A DNA stretch of 64,000 nucleotides from Camelus ferus (GCF_009834535.1 NC_045697.1:74836001-74900000); one strand, 5' to 3'; counted from the first letter of the stretch, positions 39,716-53,021 are shown. Numbers and translations: made by a program. Notes: a model not told the origin generated them from the sequence alone.

Positions 39716-39958
39716 AATTAATATTTCATTGGTTAGTTCATTACTTCTTAGTTTATCAACTATTTATTGATTTCATACCCTGCTCAAAACAAGAAATGTA
39801 TATATTGATGAAAAGTAATATTTCAAAAGTGCTGTTAATAAAAACCTTCATATTTTTGAAATGTAATATTCCTCAAGATATACTTAACCAAATGTTTGCC
39901 TGGCCACAATTCATAGGATGGAGTAGGTGTGACTTTAATATAAGGAAGTTACATTATG

Positions 39959-40334
39959 AATTATGAGCTGAATTGTGTCCGACCCCTAATCCTGATTCAT
40001 ATGTTAAAAGTCCCAGACCCCAGTACCTCAGAATGTAACTGTATTTGGAGATAAGGTCATTAAGGAAGTGATTAAGTTAAAATGAGGCCCTAAGGGTGAG
40101 GCCCAAATTCAAATATGACTAGTGTACTTATAAGAAGAGAAGGAGAGACCAGGGACTCAGACACAGAGGGACAACCATGTTTTGAGTACATGCTAAGAAG
40201 GCCTTGGGAGAAATCAACCCTGCTGGCATCTTGCTCTTGGAGTTTCAGCCTCCAGAACTATGAGAAAATTAACTTCTATTGTTTAAGCCACTTAATCTAG
40301 TATTTTGTTGTGGCATCTCTAGTAAACTAATATA
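39959..40334 (+). mobile_element. MaLR LTR (MLT1B-like)
   Basis: ttatgagctgaattgtgtcc…cccagtacctcagaatgtaactgtatttggagataagg…cagcctccagaactatgagaaaatt…ctagtaaactaata. Confidence 0.9.
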
Positions 40335-41553
40335 CTATGAAACTAGGAATTACCTTCAAAGATGGTAAAACTCATGCTGACGTTAGGAGGGAGGATTTCT
40401 AGATTGAAAGTGTGAACAAGTATTTAGATTCTGACAAAATAGATCAGCTTCTTGAAAAATTTAAGCTGAAAGTTAATTTATTTACTGGGTGGGGGAGATG
40501 GGCTGCACCAGGTCTCTGGCCAATTATATGAGTTTTGATTATTGAAGCAGTGGGTAGAGACCATATTAATATTTAATTATGAAATATCTTGCCTTTGGTG
40601 CGTAGAGAAAACAAAGGCCATTTAGAAAGACCTTGGCTTTGGCTTTTCTCTTCTGATTTTAAAACCATATCTATGGTGATAGGCAAGTCTATTTTGAAAA
40701 ATAATGAACATATAAAATGCAAACCAGTCACATTTATCCTTTCACAAGAATTTGTAAAGATGCCTGAAAAGCACACAAAAATGCTCCTTTTAATCTTTTT
40801 AGGAGGATAGCTTAAGGTTGTTTTCAAAGTTTCAAGATTCAAATGCAAAGGACTCCACTTCTTTACAAGTGGTTTAATCCCATGGGTAGTGTGGTTATAA
40901 TCCAGATGACTCTCTTGGGGGGCAAGGAGAAGCAATGCCAATATTTTTTGTGTGTTGAAAGGACCATAAAGGAGAAACAGATCATACTTTGTGGGTTGAT
41001 AAATAGCTCCACACACACAGCCAGAAGAATGAACATTATGCACATTGCACAGCTAACCTTATTTTTTTTTTTAGGCAGAAATGGGGGAGAGGAGTTGTGG
41101 TTTTTGTTATTTCTCTTTTCTGATCCCTTGCCTGGTGACATGGCAGGGATAAGAAGGATATGTCAGAATTTAAAATGTGACATTGAAAGAAAAGGTTTAG
41201 AATATGATAAAGATTTAGGTATGGAACTTTTTTTCAATTTCCATTTTAAAATGAAAAAATTGAAACTGGCTTTAGAAGTTATTAGAAGCAAAACATTGGT
41301 GGTCCCTTTCAGGTGACATGTGAAAAGAAAACTGAAGTGGAAACAAAAGCTGAGAAGAAAGTTTGCTTTGCTTGGGCTCATTTTGTACTTGATAGATGAC
41401 TTTGGGAAAGATCTATTTGCAGAAGAGCTCACTCTAATAGCGAGTAGGGAGTGCAGGAGAGGGGGATTTGTAGATAATAAAAGTATACCAGATGCATGTG
41501 AAAGCCTCAGTCATGAATACTCTCAGGAATTCAAGATTATTCACACACAGAGC

Positions 41554-41588
41554 CTCTCCTCTCCTCTCCTCTTCTCCTCTCCTCTCCT
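41554..41588. repeat. (CTCCT)n simple repeat
   Basis: Seen directly. Confidence 0.9.
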
Positions 41589-41888
41589 TTTCTTTCGTTG
41601 TGTGACGCATTCATTAATAGTAAGGGAGCCCACACTCACTTATCATATACACATAATCTTCGTAACCCTGGGAAAAGTTCACTGGTGATATTTTCTTCCC
41701 TCTTATTCTCAAGAATTGTCTGTTCTAGACTGGGCTAAATGAATTTTGCATTTTCTCATGTAAGTGAAAACACCATTTCTTAAACACATCAAAGCCCATT
41801 TGAACTGGGTCACATCATAATTTATTTTATCAAACATTTAAATTTTTTCCAGATTTAAAAAAATTACAGATTATTTCAAATTTTGTGT

Positions 41889-41954
41889 GCCAAATTCTGC
41901 CCTCAGTTATGCAGATGCAGCTAATTACATACACAACTGAGGGCAGAGTTTGGC
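41889..41954. other. Inverted repeat / hairpin (20-bp arms, 26-nt spacer)
   Basis: GCCAAATTCTGCCCTCAGTT … AACTGAGGGCAGAGTTTGGC; 19/20 Watson-Crick, the remaining pair G:U on the + strand. Confidence 0.9.
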
Positions 41955-42344
41955 TTTGGTGCTGCAAGTCTCTGGAGCTCTGATTTTTTTTTTTTTTTTT
42001 TTTTCCCTCTTGGAAAAGCACAGACTTCAATCTATGAATTAAATAAAATCTTCAAAATAATTTACATCACTTTTCCAAAGTTGCTTTCAGGAACCAATTA
42101 GTTAATTCACCACACCCTGGTGTAGTCACTCTTTATCTTTTTTGCAGTGAGACAATAGTCACAAAATGACCTATTTATTTACTTGAAGCCATATAAGCAA
42201 GAGAGTGATGGGATTAAGGTTACAACTGAGCAGTCTGTGTTCTGTGATGATAGCTGGAACTATTTATTAACATTTCATAATTGTGTGATGAATTTGTTAT
42301 TTTCTTGAGTCTTGCCTTTTATTATTCAAAATAATAATGGCTTT

Positions 42345-42740
42345 ATTTTACTTTTTCCTAATTATAAAGATAATATTAGAAACAATTTAAGTAATATAGA
42401 AAAGTGTAGAGAATAAGATTATCACTTAAATTCTCACCACTACAAGGGTGCCCTTTATATTTTGTTGAATTTTCTTCTCGGAATGTCAACTGACTTTTCC
42501 TCTAATTTTTTATTGATATAATATTAGACCTTTTTTTTCACCAGCATTTTTCACCAGAAAAGTATTGGAAATATTTGCCCATCAAGCAATACAGATACAC
42601 TTCTTTTAAGGTCCATATACCATTCCACTGGATAAACAAGTCTTCAGTCAATCAGTTAATTTCACAAGAAGAAATGTGCTTCCTTGCTGTAAACACTGTC
42701 ATTATGGACACATTTGTTTATTGTAATTAATAACTGGAAC
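42345..42740 (-). mobile_element. Very old L1 (L1ME-like) 3' relic
   Basis: ttttcctaattataaagataat…agaaaagtgtagagaataagattatcacttaaattctcaccac…ccattccactggata. Confidence 0.55.
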
Positions 42741-43189
42741 TCTCTTCTTTTTTAGCTATGCCCCAAATCTCAGATTTCCACCAAATCTATTTGTCCTATT
42801 TTAAAACTATAATTTGGGTTGCACATTTCTAGAATTATACTCAGACCTGAAACTTGAAAATGTGGCAATGGAAAATGTGAATAACATAGGTACGTGAAGT
42901 CTTCAGAAAAGTCTTAAGTATATTTTATAAATTGATATATATTGTGAGTTTTATCTCCATTTCTTTCCTTGACAATCTTTAGGAGCTTAGAGTAAGCAAT
43001 GGAGTGGAAAGTCTTGGTTAATCCATACGCTGGGCAATCAGTTGCCAAACACTAAATTTGGGGTAAAGTGTTTATACTTACAAAAATAGTGTTTGAAAAA
43101 TTAAGGGAAACTGCATACAGGCTCTGCAGATTACCATTTTCCTTTTTGTTCCTCCTACTCCTCACCTCCTAAGACCCTTTTACACAACT

Positions 43190-43485
43190 GCCCTCATAAA
43201 AACTCAGATCCATTATCAACCTTGTATTCTTTACCTACTAGTCTTATTCTGTGTAGCCTACTCAGGGACATTGTTCTAGTGATATTCCCTTCTTCCTCTC
43301 TCATCATCGGATATTCCCTCTCTACTGACTTATTCTCATGAATATATAAATATGCAGTTTTTCTTTTATTTAAAAAATATTTCTCTTTACCCATTTTCCA
43401 CTCCATCTACCAGCCTATTTCTTGACTCCCCTTTGGAGCAAAGGAGTTATTTTTACTCCCTGATTTCAATTCTTCTTCCTTCTCT
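43190..43485 (+). mobile_element. L2 LINE, left part (interrupted by L1)
   Basis: ctcatcatcggatattccctctctactg…ttttaaaaaatatttctcttt…ctatttcttgactcccctt. Confidence 0.7.
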
Positions 43486-43487
43486 TT

Positions 43488-45031
43488 CTTTTTATTATTT
43501 TTAATCAAAAAAATTTTATTGAAGTATAGTCAGTTACAATATGTCAAGTTCTGGTGTATAGCCAATATCCGAGTCATATATATACATACATATATTCATT
43601 TCATATTCTTTTTCATTAAAGGTTATTACAAGATATTGAATATAGTTCCCTGTGCTGTACAGAAGAAATTATTTTTTAATCTATTTTTATATATAGTGGC
43701 TAACATTTGCAAATCTCAAACTCCCAAATTTATCCCTTCCCACCCCCTTTCCCCCAGTAACTATAAGATTGTTTAATATGTGTTTCCATTTTGTCCATGA
43801 GTTCATCAGTGTCCTCCTTTTTTCATTTTTTAGATTCCACATATGAGTTATATCATATGGTAGTTCTCTTTGTCTTTCTGGCTTACTTCATTTAGAATGA
43901 TGATCTCTAAGTCCATTCATGTTGGACCTTTTAAACCTTTGTCAGTAGCATCATTTGCGAATATTTTCTCCCAGTCTGTAGGTTGTTGTTTTGTTTTGCT
44001 TATGGTTTCCTTTGCTGTGCAAATGCTTATAAGTTTAATTAGGTCCCAATTGTTAATTTTTGCTTTTATTTCCATTGCCTGAGTAGACTACCCTAGGAGA
44101 AAATTTCTAAGATTTATGTCAGAGAATGTTTTGCCTGTGTATTTTTCTAGGAGGTTTATCATGTCTTCTCTTATACTTAAGTCTTTAATCCATTTTGAGT
44201 TTGTTTTTGTGTATGGTGTGAGGGACTGTTCTAATTTCATTGATTTACATGCTGCTGTCCAATTTTCCCAATACCACTTGCTGAAGAGACTGTCTTTTCT
44301 CCGTTGTATATTCTTGCCTCCTTTGTTGAAGATTAATTGATCATAGGTCTGTAGGTTTATTTCTGGGCTCTCTATTCTGTTCCATTGAGCCATGTCTGTG
44401 TTTCTGCCAATACCAAGCTGTAGCTCTGTACTACTATCTGAAGTCTGGGAGGGTTATTCCTCCAAGTTCATTCTTTTTCTTCACTATTGCTTTGGTAATT
44501 CTGGGTATTTTGTGATTCCATAGAAATTTTAGAGTTATTTGTTGTAGTTCTGTGAAAAATGTCTTGGGTAATTTGATAAAGATTGAATTAAATCTGTAGA
44601 TTGCCTTGGGCAGTATGGCCATTTTAACAATATTGATTCTTCCAATCCAAGAGCATGGGGTATCTTTCCATTTCTTTAAGTCATCTTTAATTTCCTTAAT
44701 CAAGTTTTGTTGTTCTCCGTGTATAAGTCTTTCACCTCCTTGGTCAGATTTATTCCTAAGTATTTTATTGTTTTGGATGCAATTTTAAAAGGGATTGTTT
44801 CTTTACTTTCTTTTCCTACAATTTCATTGTTAGTGTAAAGAAATGCAACTGATTTCTGTATGTTAATCTTGTATGCTGCTACCTTGCCGAATTCTTTTAT
44901 CAGCTCTAGTAGTTTTTGTGTGGAGCTTCTAGGGTTTTCTATATATAGTTTCATGTCATCTGCATATAATGACAATTTTATCTCTTCTCTTCCAATTTGG
45001 ATCCCTTTTATTTCTTTTCCTTGCCTAATTG
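43488..45031 (-). mobile_element. Young L1, 5'-truncated, with internal deletion at ~43925
   Basis: ORF2 RT-region peptides (44700-44975 [14 protein letters not shown]…; 44434-44703 [29 protein letters not shown]; 44088-44393) plus 3'UTR. Confidence 0.95.
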
Positions 45032-46310
45032 CTCCTTTCTCTTTTAATTCAATCTAATCAGGCTTTCTCCCTTGCAAGTCTTCTTAAGGTCACCAGTGAC
45101 CTTCTTGATCTTAAATATGATGGTCAATTCTCAGTCCTCATCTTACTTGACCTGTCAGTATCATTTGGCACATTTGATCACTCGCTCTTCCTTAGTGAAC
45201 TGTCTACTTAGTTTCCAGAATGCCACTGTGTTTCAGTTTTCTTCCCATCTTACTGGTTGCTCCTTCTCAGTCTCCTTGGTTGGATTCTCTCCTTCTTCCT
45301 GACTTCTTAGTTTGGAATATTAGATTATTCTCTTCTCTCCCTCCTCTTTATCTACACTCATAGCCTTAAAACTTCTCTATGATAATCACCCTCATATTCA
45401 CACCTCTAGGACCATCTGTCTTCCAGACTTAACATTTAGCAAGATTTCCATTCGGTGTTCAATACCACTCAAACTCAAAATGTCAGACAATGAACTCCTG
45501 ATCTTTCTCAGCCATCCACAATCCTACCTCACTAAACTCAGTTCCAGCAACTCTATCCCCACCATTGCTTATGACAGCTAGAAAGCCATCTTTGACTATT
45601 TTTGTTCTTTCACATCCCACATTTAATCTTTCAGGGAATCTTGTTAGCTCTAATTTCAGAATACACCCAGAATCTGCTCATTTCTCAACCCCTCCACTGA
45701 ATCACTAGAATCCCTGATCAGGTTCCCCATTATTCTCATCTCCTTAGAGTCTCTTAAAACTTGAATCATACCATGGCAATCCCCTCTTTAAAATGCTGAA
45801 GTGGCTCCCCATTTTACTCAAGGGAAAAACTATAGTCCGTGCAATGACTATAAAGCTGGGGCCTTCCATTTCCTCTCTAACTTCTACTGCTCTCTCCCCT
45901 ATGCGGTCTCCTGCAATCACAGTTGGCCCCTTGTTATTTTTCAGATATGCCGGGGGTTTTCCCACCTTTAGATCTTTCCTTTGTTCTCCCAGAGAGCTGC
46001 ATAATTAACACTTTCATCTCCTTCAAGTCTTTGACTAAACCCCACTTTCTAATTGAAGCCTACCATGACTACCTTATTTAATATTACAGCCTGTCTCTTC
46101 CATCTTTGGTATTTCCTATCTCCCTTATCCTACGCTGCTTTGTGGTGTGTGTGTGTGCGTGTGTGTATCTGTGTATATGTGTGTGTGTTTCATAGTATTA
46201 TATTTGAAAATAGTATATTTGCTTCAAAATAAAACTTTTTGTGTAATTTCTCTGCCCACATTAGAATATTATCCTTTAATATGTCCTTGAGGACAGGGAT
46301 CTTTGTTGTA
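45032..46310 (+). mobile_element. L2 LINE, right part
   Basis: caatctaatcaggcttt…aaggtcaccagtgaccttc…ttctcagtcctcatcttacttgacctgtcag…tgaggacagggatctttgt. Confidence 0.9.
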
Positions 46311-48124
46311 AGTGGTGGAATTATGGATAGTTATCCCATTATTAAAATTATGAATAAAATAACTAACTAAATAAAAACAAGACATGGATACGTCAATGAT
46401 GAGAATATATCCCAAAGAGTAGATTGTGGTTAATCCAATTGTATGCATATAAGATTCAAAAAAATAAAAAAGAAGAATCAGGGTGCAAAGTAAGACCATT
46501 GAGATAAAAGGAAACAATGTAAACTGAATGTTTTTCGTTTATAAATTTTGCTATGTTTTAAGTGATTTTTGAGAGAGGAGTGAAGAGGCTACGAATGTTG
46601 CTGTTTGAATCATGATTTAAGATTGGTTGGGGATTATGATAATTATAGGATAAAAAGGAAGAAATTTTGGCTTTGCAATATAAATGTATACATAATTGGC
46701 CCAACCCATTAACGCTACTGAACTTTCCCTTCAGCTGTAGATGTTTAGCCACTAAAAATGTCAAAGTTTATTTTGAGAATATTGAAGACTACTCTAGGGC
46801 CTTGAAATAATTAGCTCCTCAAGTCCTCATTAAGAAATAGAGCATATACAAAGCTATAAGACTTGGCTAGTCAAGAAAGCAAAAGGGTTTTGAGCATTTT
46901 ATTCAGTGAGGTAAATTAGCATGTTTTGTTCCAATTGGTTAACCAAATGTTGAAAGTATGGTAGACTACTTTTGGAAGGAATGAAAATTTCCTCAGCTCA
47001 GGGAGAAAGAGGGCACAATGAGATGTCAGGCCCACATAAGTTATTTTGTTGCAAAGACTAGTTGTTTATGTCCACTGATTTTGCTGCCAATTGTCTGTAG
47101 TAAAGCAGAATAGTTTTTGAGGGCTTATTTTAAAAATATTTTTAAATGTCAGCATTTGATGAAGCAACTAATGATTGAAAGTAAGAACTCAACAAATATT
47201 AGTTCAGATGTGCCTGGCTGTAAAACAAGAGAAAATATTCAGGTATGAAAAAATTGAGGGTAAATTTCTTATTTTTTTATTGAGCTTTAAAATGTAAGGC
47301 AGTTTCTATACTATTTGTCAGGGTTTGGAGGGCCCCAAATTAAATACCCTCTTCTCCTTTATAGGGGTAAACTAAGGCATTAGGTAGATGGAGATCAGAA
47401 TGCCAGCTTTATTACTAATTAAAGTCTGGTCTGAAGAAAGAACTTAGATATGTATCCCCAATAGCCTTCCTAACACTTTGCCACTATGAGACACACTCAT
47501 CTGGCTAAGCAATGCATGATAAGGGCAGACCTCCTTCATTGATCAGGATGTTTACCATATGATATGGAGCAGACCTGAAGGCAGGACTCTTGGATAGATG
47601 GCTCCAGAAAGAGAGAAAAAGAGGAAAAAGCTGAGAAAACTTGCTTAGTGACTTCTCCCACATCCAAAAATCAGACCAACTGATTTTCTTCACATAGGGA
47701 GAGGAAAGTCAAGGTGGAAAGAAAGGCTGAATGGTTTATAGCTAAAGCCTCCCGAGCTGGAGACAGGAAGAACAGAGGATATATCCGCCCCCTTAACCGC
47801 AGCACACTTTACTCATCACAATGTGTGATCTGTTACGTTAATAGCAATTATTCTATGTGTTTCAGAATGTGTGTGTTAGTGGGAAGACGGGAATGGGGAT
47901 TATTAAATTTCAAATTTTCCACCTCCGTTTCTCAGGTAATTACACAAACAGTTGCAAATCAGAGACTCGTACATTGTTGGCCTGCACCCTGCTATGAGTT
48001 AATGTTCATGAGCTGATGATGGCTTAGCCATGGGTGAAGGAGAAGGGGGGAAAAGTAACAGTGCTTTTATTCATGAGCAGAGGCCGGGATGTTGAGAAAA
48101 TCCTCTGCCGCTGCTGAAGGCAGC

Positions 48125-48144
48125 ACTGCTGCCATCTGCTGGAC
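48125..48144 (-). promoter_or_regulatory. Candidate CTCF binding site
   Basis: Minus strand gtCCAGCAGATGGCAGCagt fits the CTCF core CCASYAGRKGGCRS at every position; binding is untested. Confidence 0.55.
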
Positions 48145-48199
48145 TGTGAGCAGGAGGACCCCATACTGATAGGAGTCATTTCAATTTCTTCTCTCTCCC

Positions 48200-48475
48200 A
48201 TTTAGGAGGCATTATGCCAGGCGCCCGGGTGGGGGCATCTAAAGATAGCAGATCATGGTCTCTGCACTCAAGGAGCTGGGAATTTAACAGGGGAGAGAGA
48301 CTTCACTCAGAAGACTGTGATAAGTATAGCCCTAATGAGAGAGCCATGAGAGGGTGGGATCCACCTCCATCAAGAGTATCAGGTAAAGATTTACAGACGA
48401 GGTGACCCAAGTTTCTGTTGGAAGCAAAGGTAGGGGGTTCTACAAGGAGAGACAGGGAAAGGGAATTCTAAGGGG
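48200..48475 (-). mobile_element. L2 relic
   Basis: cattatgccaggcgcc…catggtctctgcactcaaggagct…gtgataagt…gggaattcta. Confidence 0.6.
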
Positions 48476-50026
48476 ACGCTCCTCCCAACAATTTAGTTCT
48501 ACTGGCCCATGAAGAGGCTAATGAAAGTTCCTACCCTTTTTAGAAATAGTCTCATTCTTTTATTTCTCTGTTACGAACAACCTTTCTTTAGTTTATAATT
48601 GTTTTCATCCACTGATTAGACTTTTTACTAATATTAATACTAACATGAAAGTTATGGGTATGGTAATAAAAAGCAATATACCCCTCCCTCATAATGCCCC
48701 AATGGGGTATCTCCCATGCTCTGATCTGAAAAACATGGAGAGACTTCATTTAGTGAATTTCTTTGGTCTGTGGTTTACCATAGCGTAAGTTTATAAGGTT
48801 TACTTTTACAAATTCAATCTTAATCAGATATTGATTTTGTCCTAAGCAAACTCTAAATATCACAAATAAAGCTTTCACCAGTTTAGAAGCCATCTATAAC
48901 TCATAAGTATAATTAGGTTTAAACGATGCTGAGATTTCACACAATCTCTGTTCAACACTTGTGATTTTCTATTCTATGTTTCTACTGCCTGAATAGTGGT
49001 CAGCTAGATATTTCCCAATTATAAGTTGTGGCATGTTAAGGACCCAACAAGTTAAAAAGTAATAACTTTGATTTGGCAACAGCAGAACAAAATGAAATCA
49101 TGGCCAGTATGAAGTTTGACATATGACAAATGGTATGTTCAGGTTGCAGATATGAATGTACAGTGGAGATGTTCTGCCTGAATTTCATTTGACTTTCCTG
49201 CGGTCATCGAGATGGGTGTCTTTCAATCTTTGTGTCACCGGAGGTTGGTTTGTGTGGGACTTGAGTGATAAACCTGTCAAATACAACGAAGTTTGTGATT
49301 CCACTGGGCCCCATCATAAAAATCCGTTTTGAAACCTGCCAAACTTAGTGAAATTGGCTGATTCTGGGGCTAGGGCTTACTGCATAGATTTGGATAATGC
49401 CTGCACATATGTTTAAAATAACCTCTTATTTCAAATATGTTTATGTTTAAGACTCCTTCAGTAAAGGATTTGTAACAGTAAATAAATACAATGGAAAACA
49501 AGTTTAAACAAATGTTTTAAATTTATTTATCCACTTAGTGTTTGAAATACTCTATTCTCCACCCAAAGCTACATTTCCTTCCACCACAATCTCTTCTTTT
49601 TAAATCCAAATGTTCTTAACATTAATTTAGAAGATGTGTAAAGCCAGGCCAAGGAGGATGAGACAAAACTATAAAATCCAGTTAGAAAGTGTAAGGAAAT
49701 GAGCCAAAGTGGAAGCAATGCCAGTACCCGGGACAATGTGAAAATACTAGACAAAGACACAGCTTTGGAGATGTATCAGACTGAAAGTGATGACTTCTTC
49801 TCATTGAGCCACGAAGAGACACAACATTCTCCCGGGCTTGGGTAGCTTACAGTTTATCTGAGGAGATATGGCTTGTTCAGATAAAACTGACTGAGATGGC
49901 AAAACAGCAGGTGCTGGGCCAGAGAGTGGGGTCGACGGCAGGGGTGCAACATCAAGGCTTAATGTGATTGGGAACAAATTATGGGGAGGGTAGAGATTAA
50001 TTTAGATCTTCCTCTCTCAATTTTTA

Positions 50027-53021
50027 AAAAAAAATTTTTGGTATATGTATATATATTTTATTGAAGTATAGTCAGTTTACAATGTCGTGTCAATTTCTGG
50101 TGTACAGCATAATGCTTCAGTCGTACATGAACATACATATATTTGTTTTCATATTCTTTTTCACCATAAGTTACTACAAGGTATTGAATGTAGTTCCCTG
50201 TGCTAAACAAGTATGAACTTGTTGTTTATCTATTTTATATATAGTAGTTAGTATCTGCAAATCTCGAACTCCCAATTTATCCCCTCCCACCCCTCTCCCC
50301 ACCTGGTAACCACAAGCTTATTCTCTATGTCTGTGATGCTGTTTCTATTTTGTGAATAAGTTTGTTTTTCTTTTTTATTTTTTAGATTCCACATATAAGT
50401 GATACCATATGGTATTTTTCTTTCTCTTTCTGGCTTGCTTCACTTAGAATGACAGTCTCTAGGTCCATCCATGTTGCTGCAGATGGCATTATTTTATTAT
50501 TTTTATGGCTGAGTAGTTTTCCATTTTATAAATATACCACAGCTTCTTTATCCAGTCACCTGTCAACGGACATTTAGGTTGTTTCCATGTCTTGGCTATT
50601 GTAAATAGTGCTGCTATGAACATTGGGGTGCATGTATCTTTTTGTATTGTTTCCCTCCAGATACATGCCCAGGAATGGGATTGCTGGATCACATGGTAAG
50701 TCTATTTTTAGTCTTTTGAGGAATCTTAATACTGTTTTCTATAATGGTTGCACTGAACTACTTTCCCACCAGCAGTGTAGGAGGGTTCCCTTTTTTTCAC
50801 AGCCTCTCCAGCATTTATTGTTTGTGGACTTTTCAATGATGGCCATTCTGACTGGTGTGAGGTGATCCCTCATTGTAGTTGTGATTTGCATTTCTCTGAT
50901 AATTAATGATTTTGAGCATTTTTTCATGTGCCTATTGTCCATTTATATGTCTTCATTGAAGAATTGCTTGTTTAGGTCTTCTGTCCATTTTTGGATTGGG
51001 TTATTTTTTTCTTAAGTTGTATGAACTGTTTATATATTCTGGAAATTAAGCCCTTGTCAGTCTCATTTGTTGCAAATATTTTCTCCAGTCTGTAGGTTGT
51101 CTTTTTGTTTTTCTTGTGGTTCCCTTTGTTGCGCAAAAGCTGATAAGTTTAATTAGGGCCCATTTGTTTATTTTTGCTTTTATTTCTGGGTAGACTGCCC
51201 TAGGAGAGTTTTCTGTTTTTAATTGGCTCCTCTTTATAAATTCTATTTCCTTTTCATAGTTTTCTCTGTCTCTGTTTATAGTCTCTCTTATTTCCTTCAG
51301 TGTTTTTATCAGCCCATTTTTGAAGTCATGATCTAGTAGACTGTCAAGGTCTGTCTCACTGTTTGTTCTTTCAGGGGACTTCTCTTGTTCTTTTAATGAG
51401 GAGTGGTTCCTCTGCTTCTTCATTTTACTTATATTTCTCTGGCTGTATGGATATAGGAGTATCAGTTATCTACTGTGGTCTTGAAGGGCTGTTTTATTTT
51501 TGTTTGTTTGTTTTTATTTAAAGTGGGAGCATTCCTGTGTAGACTGTGTGCATCTAATAGTTTTGTTGCAAGGACTGTTCTTAGTGTGGATGGTTGTCCT
51601 GTCTTTCTTCGGTGTGTGTTGGCTGTTATCCCTTTGATTGGGGTGCAGCTGGAATTGTGGTGATCAGAGCCTGCCCTGATTGTTGTTGTTGAGTGGGGCC
51701 TCCTGTTTTGTTTTGTGGTTGTCAGAGCCTTGACAGGGGCCAGGTCTGACCCCCTGTTGCTGGAATAGAGGCTTCTAGACCCGTTTCTGAGCTGTGGTGT
51801 TTGGTAGGCAGGGTTGGAATGCTCCAGCTCGGAAGAGTCGCTGTGTATACCTCCACAGGAGATGTCCACTGGGAGGTCCCCTCTGTGGTATCATCTGTCA
51901 TTTGTTATGTGGCTTACAAAGTACTCTTTGTTGATGCTGCCTTTGTCTCCGCCTTAGCTGCAGGAAACTTGGCCACCCACTCTGGTGTCCCCCAGGTTCT
52001 GGGCCCCAGGAACCACCATTGCAGATCCGCCAATGTCAGGCACTGGGACCTGCTGTAGCAAGCTTCCAATCACACACCTGAATCTGTGGTGCGCAGTGGG
52101 TCAGCGCAGACCCCAGCCCCACCTCTGCTTACTGTATGTTATGCAGGTCTATTGTAAATACCAGTATTCGCCCTGCTGTGCACAGGAACTCCACTCACTG
52201 CCTGTTTGTCCCAGAAGCATGGGTCCACAAAGGGCCCAGAGAGAGCCAATCTGCCCTCTCTGCCTGGGACTGTAAACAAATTCTAGTCCCACCTGTGAAG
52301 TTGCAGGGCTGCTGGGTATGGATTCAGCTTTCAGCCCTGCATCTGCACAGTGGTGATGGCTATGACCAAGCCCCACCTCTCTTCTCACGAGAACACACCA
52401 ACAATGGAGCCAAGTGGACACAGCGGCTATGGCGCAGCTGCACTGCGCCCCTCCACCCCCTACCCACCAGCAGTGGTACTTTTTTATGGCGGTCCTAGGC
52501 TGTTCTGTTCTGCACACACTTCCTGCCAGAGCCTACACTGCCTGTGAGGCTGCCTCTGTACAGTGGGCCTCTGCACTCTGCCTGGGCTTCTCACCCATGT
52601 CCAGCAGCCCATCCCAGCTTGTCCCTGCCAGCTCTCATCTAGGGCTGGGGATCTCAGGGACCCTCCGTGCCAATGTACCTTAGTTCTGTCTGCCAAACGA
52701 CTGCCACTTTCTCCTCTGAGCCTCGAAAACTCCACTTCTGTCCCCGCTGACCTCCTGGCTGGAGAGGGGACTCCCAGCGTGAGGGTGCCTTTCTTCCTAT
52801 GCCACTCCCTCCCTGCAGGACCAGTCCTACATGGATTTTTTTTCTTTTTTCTTTTATTCTCTTACCGGATTTTGTGAGATCCTCCTGTATTTCGAAGTGA
52901 GAGACACTATGCTAGAGTTCAGTAAGTGTTCTGTGCGATTCTGTGGGTTTATAGATATAATTTGTGGTGTATTTGTGGGAGAGGGTAAGCTGTGAGCTAC
53001 TCTGCCATCTTGGCACCTCCC
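50027..53021 (-). mobile_element. Young L1 with both termini but a large internal deletion (5'UTR, ORF1 N-terminus, ORF2 C-terminus, 3'UTR, tail)
   Basis: 5' end GGGAGGTGCCAAGATGGCAGAGTAG; GC-rich ~1.6 kb 5'UTR; ORF1 start at 51423 (MKKQRNHSSLKEQEKSPE); junction to ORF2 at ~51207; TSD ctcaattttta (50016-50026 / 53027-53037). Confidence 0.92.
53004..53012 (-). promoter_or_regulatory. YY1-type motif at the L1 5' end (internal promoter)
   Basis: CAAGATGGC about 10 nt from the element 5' end, as in mammalian L1 promoters. Confidence 0.7.

Noticed and set aside
40573..41688. Cluster of overlapping 120-157 aa ORFs on both strands
   Set aside because: No recognisable homology, and the frames run through poly-T and (CTCCT)n tracts; treated as chance.
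51462..52877. Multiple ORFs in the GC-rich segment (ORF0-like or novel gene)
   Set aside because: They lie in the L1 5'UTR, where higher GC lowers stop frequency; there is no independent coding evidence.
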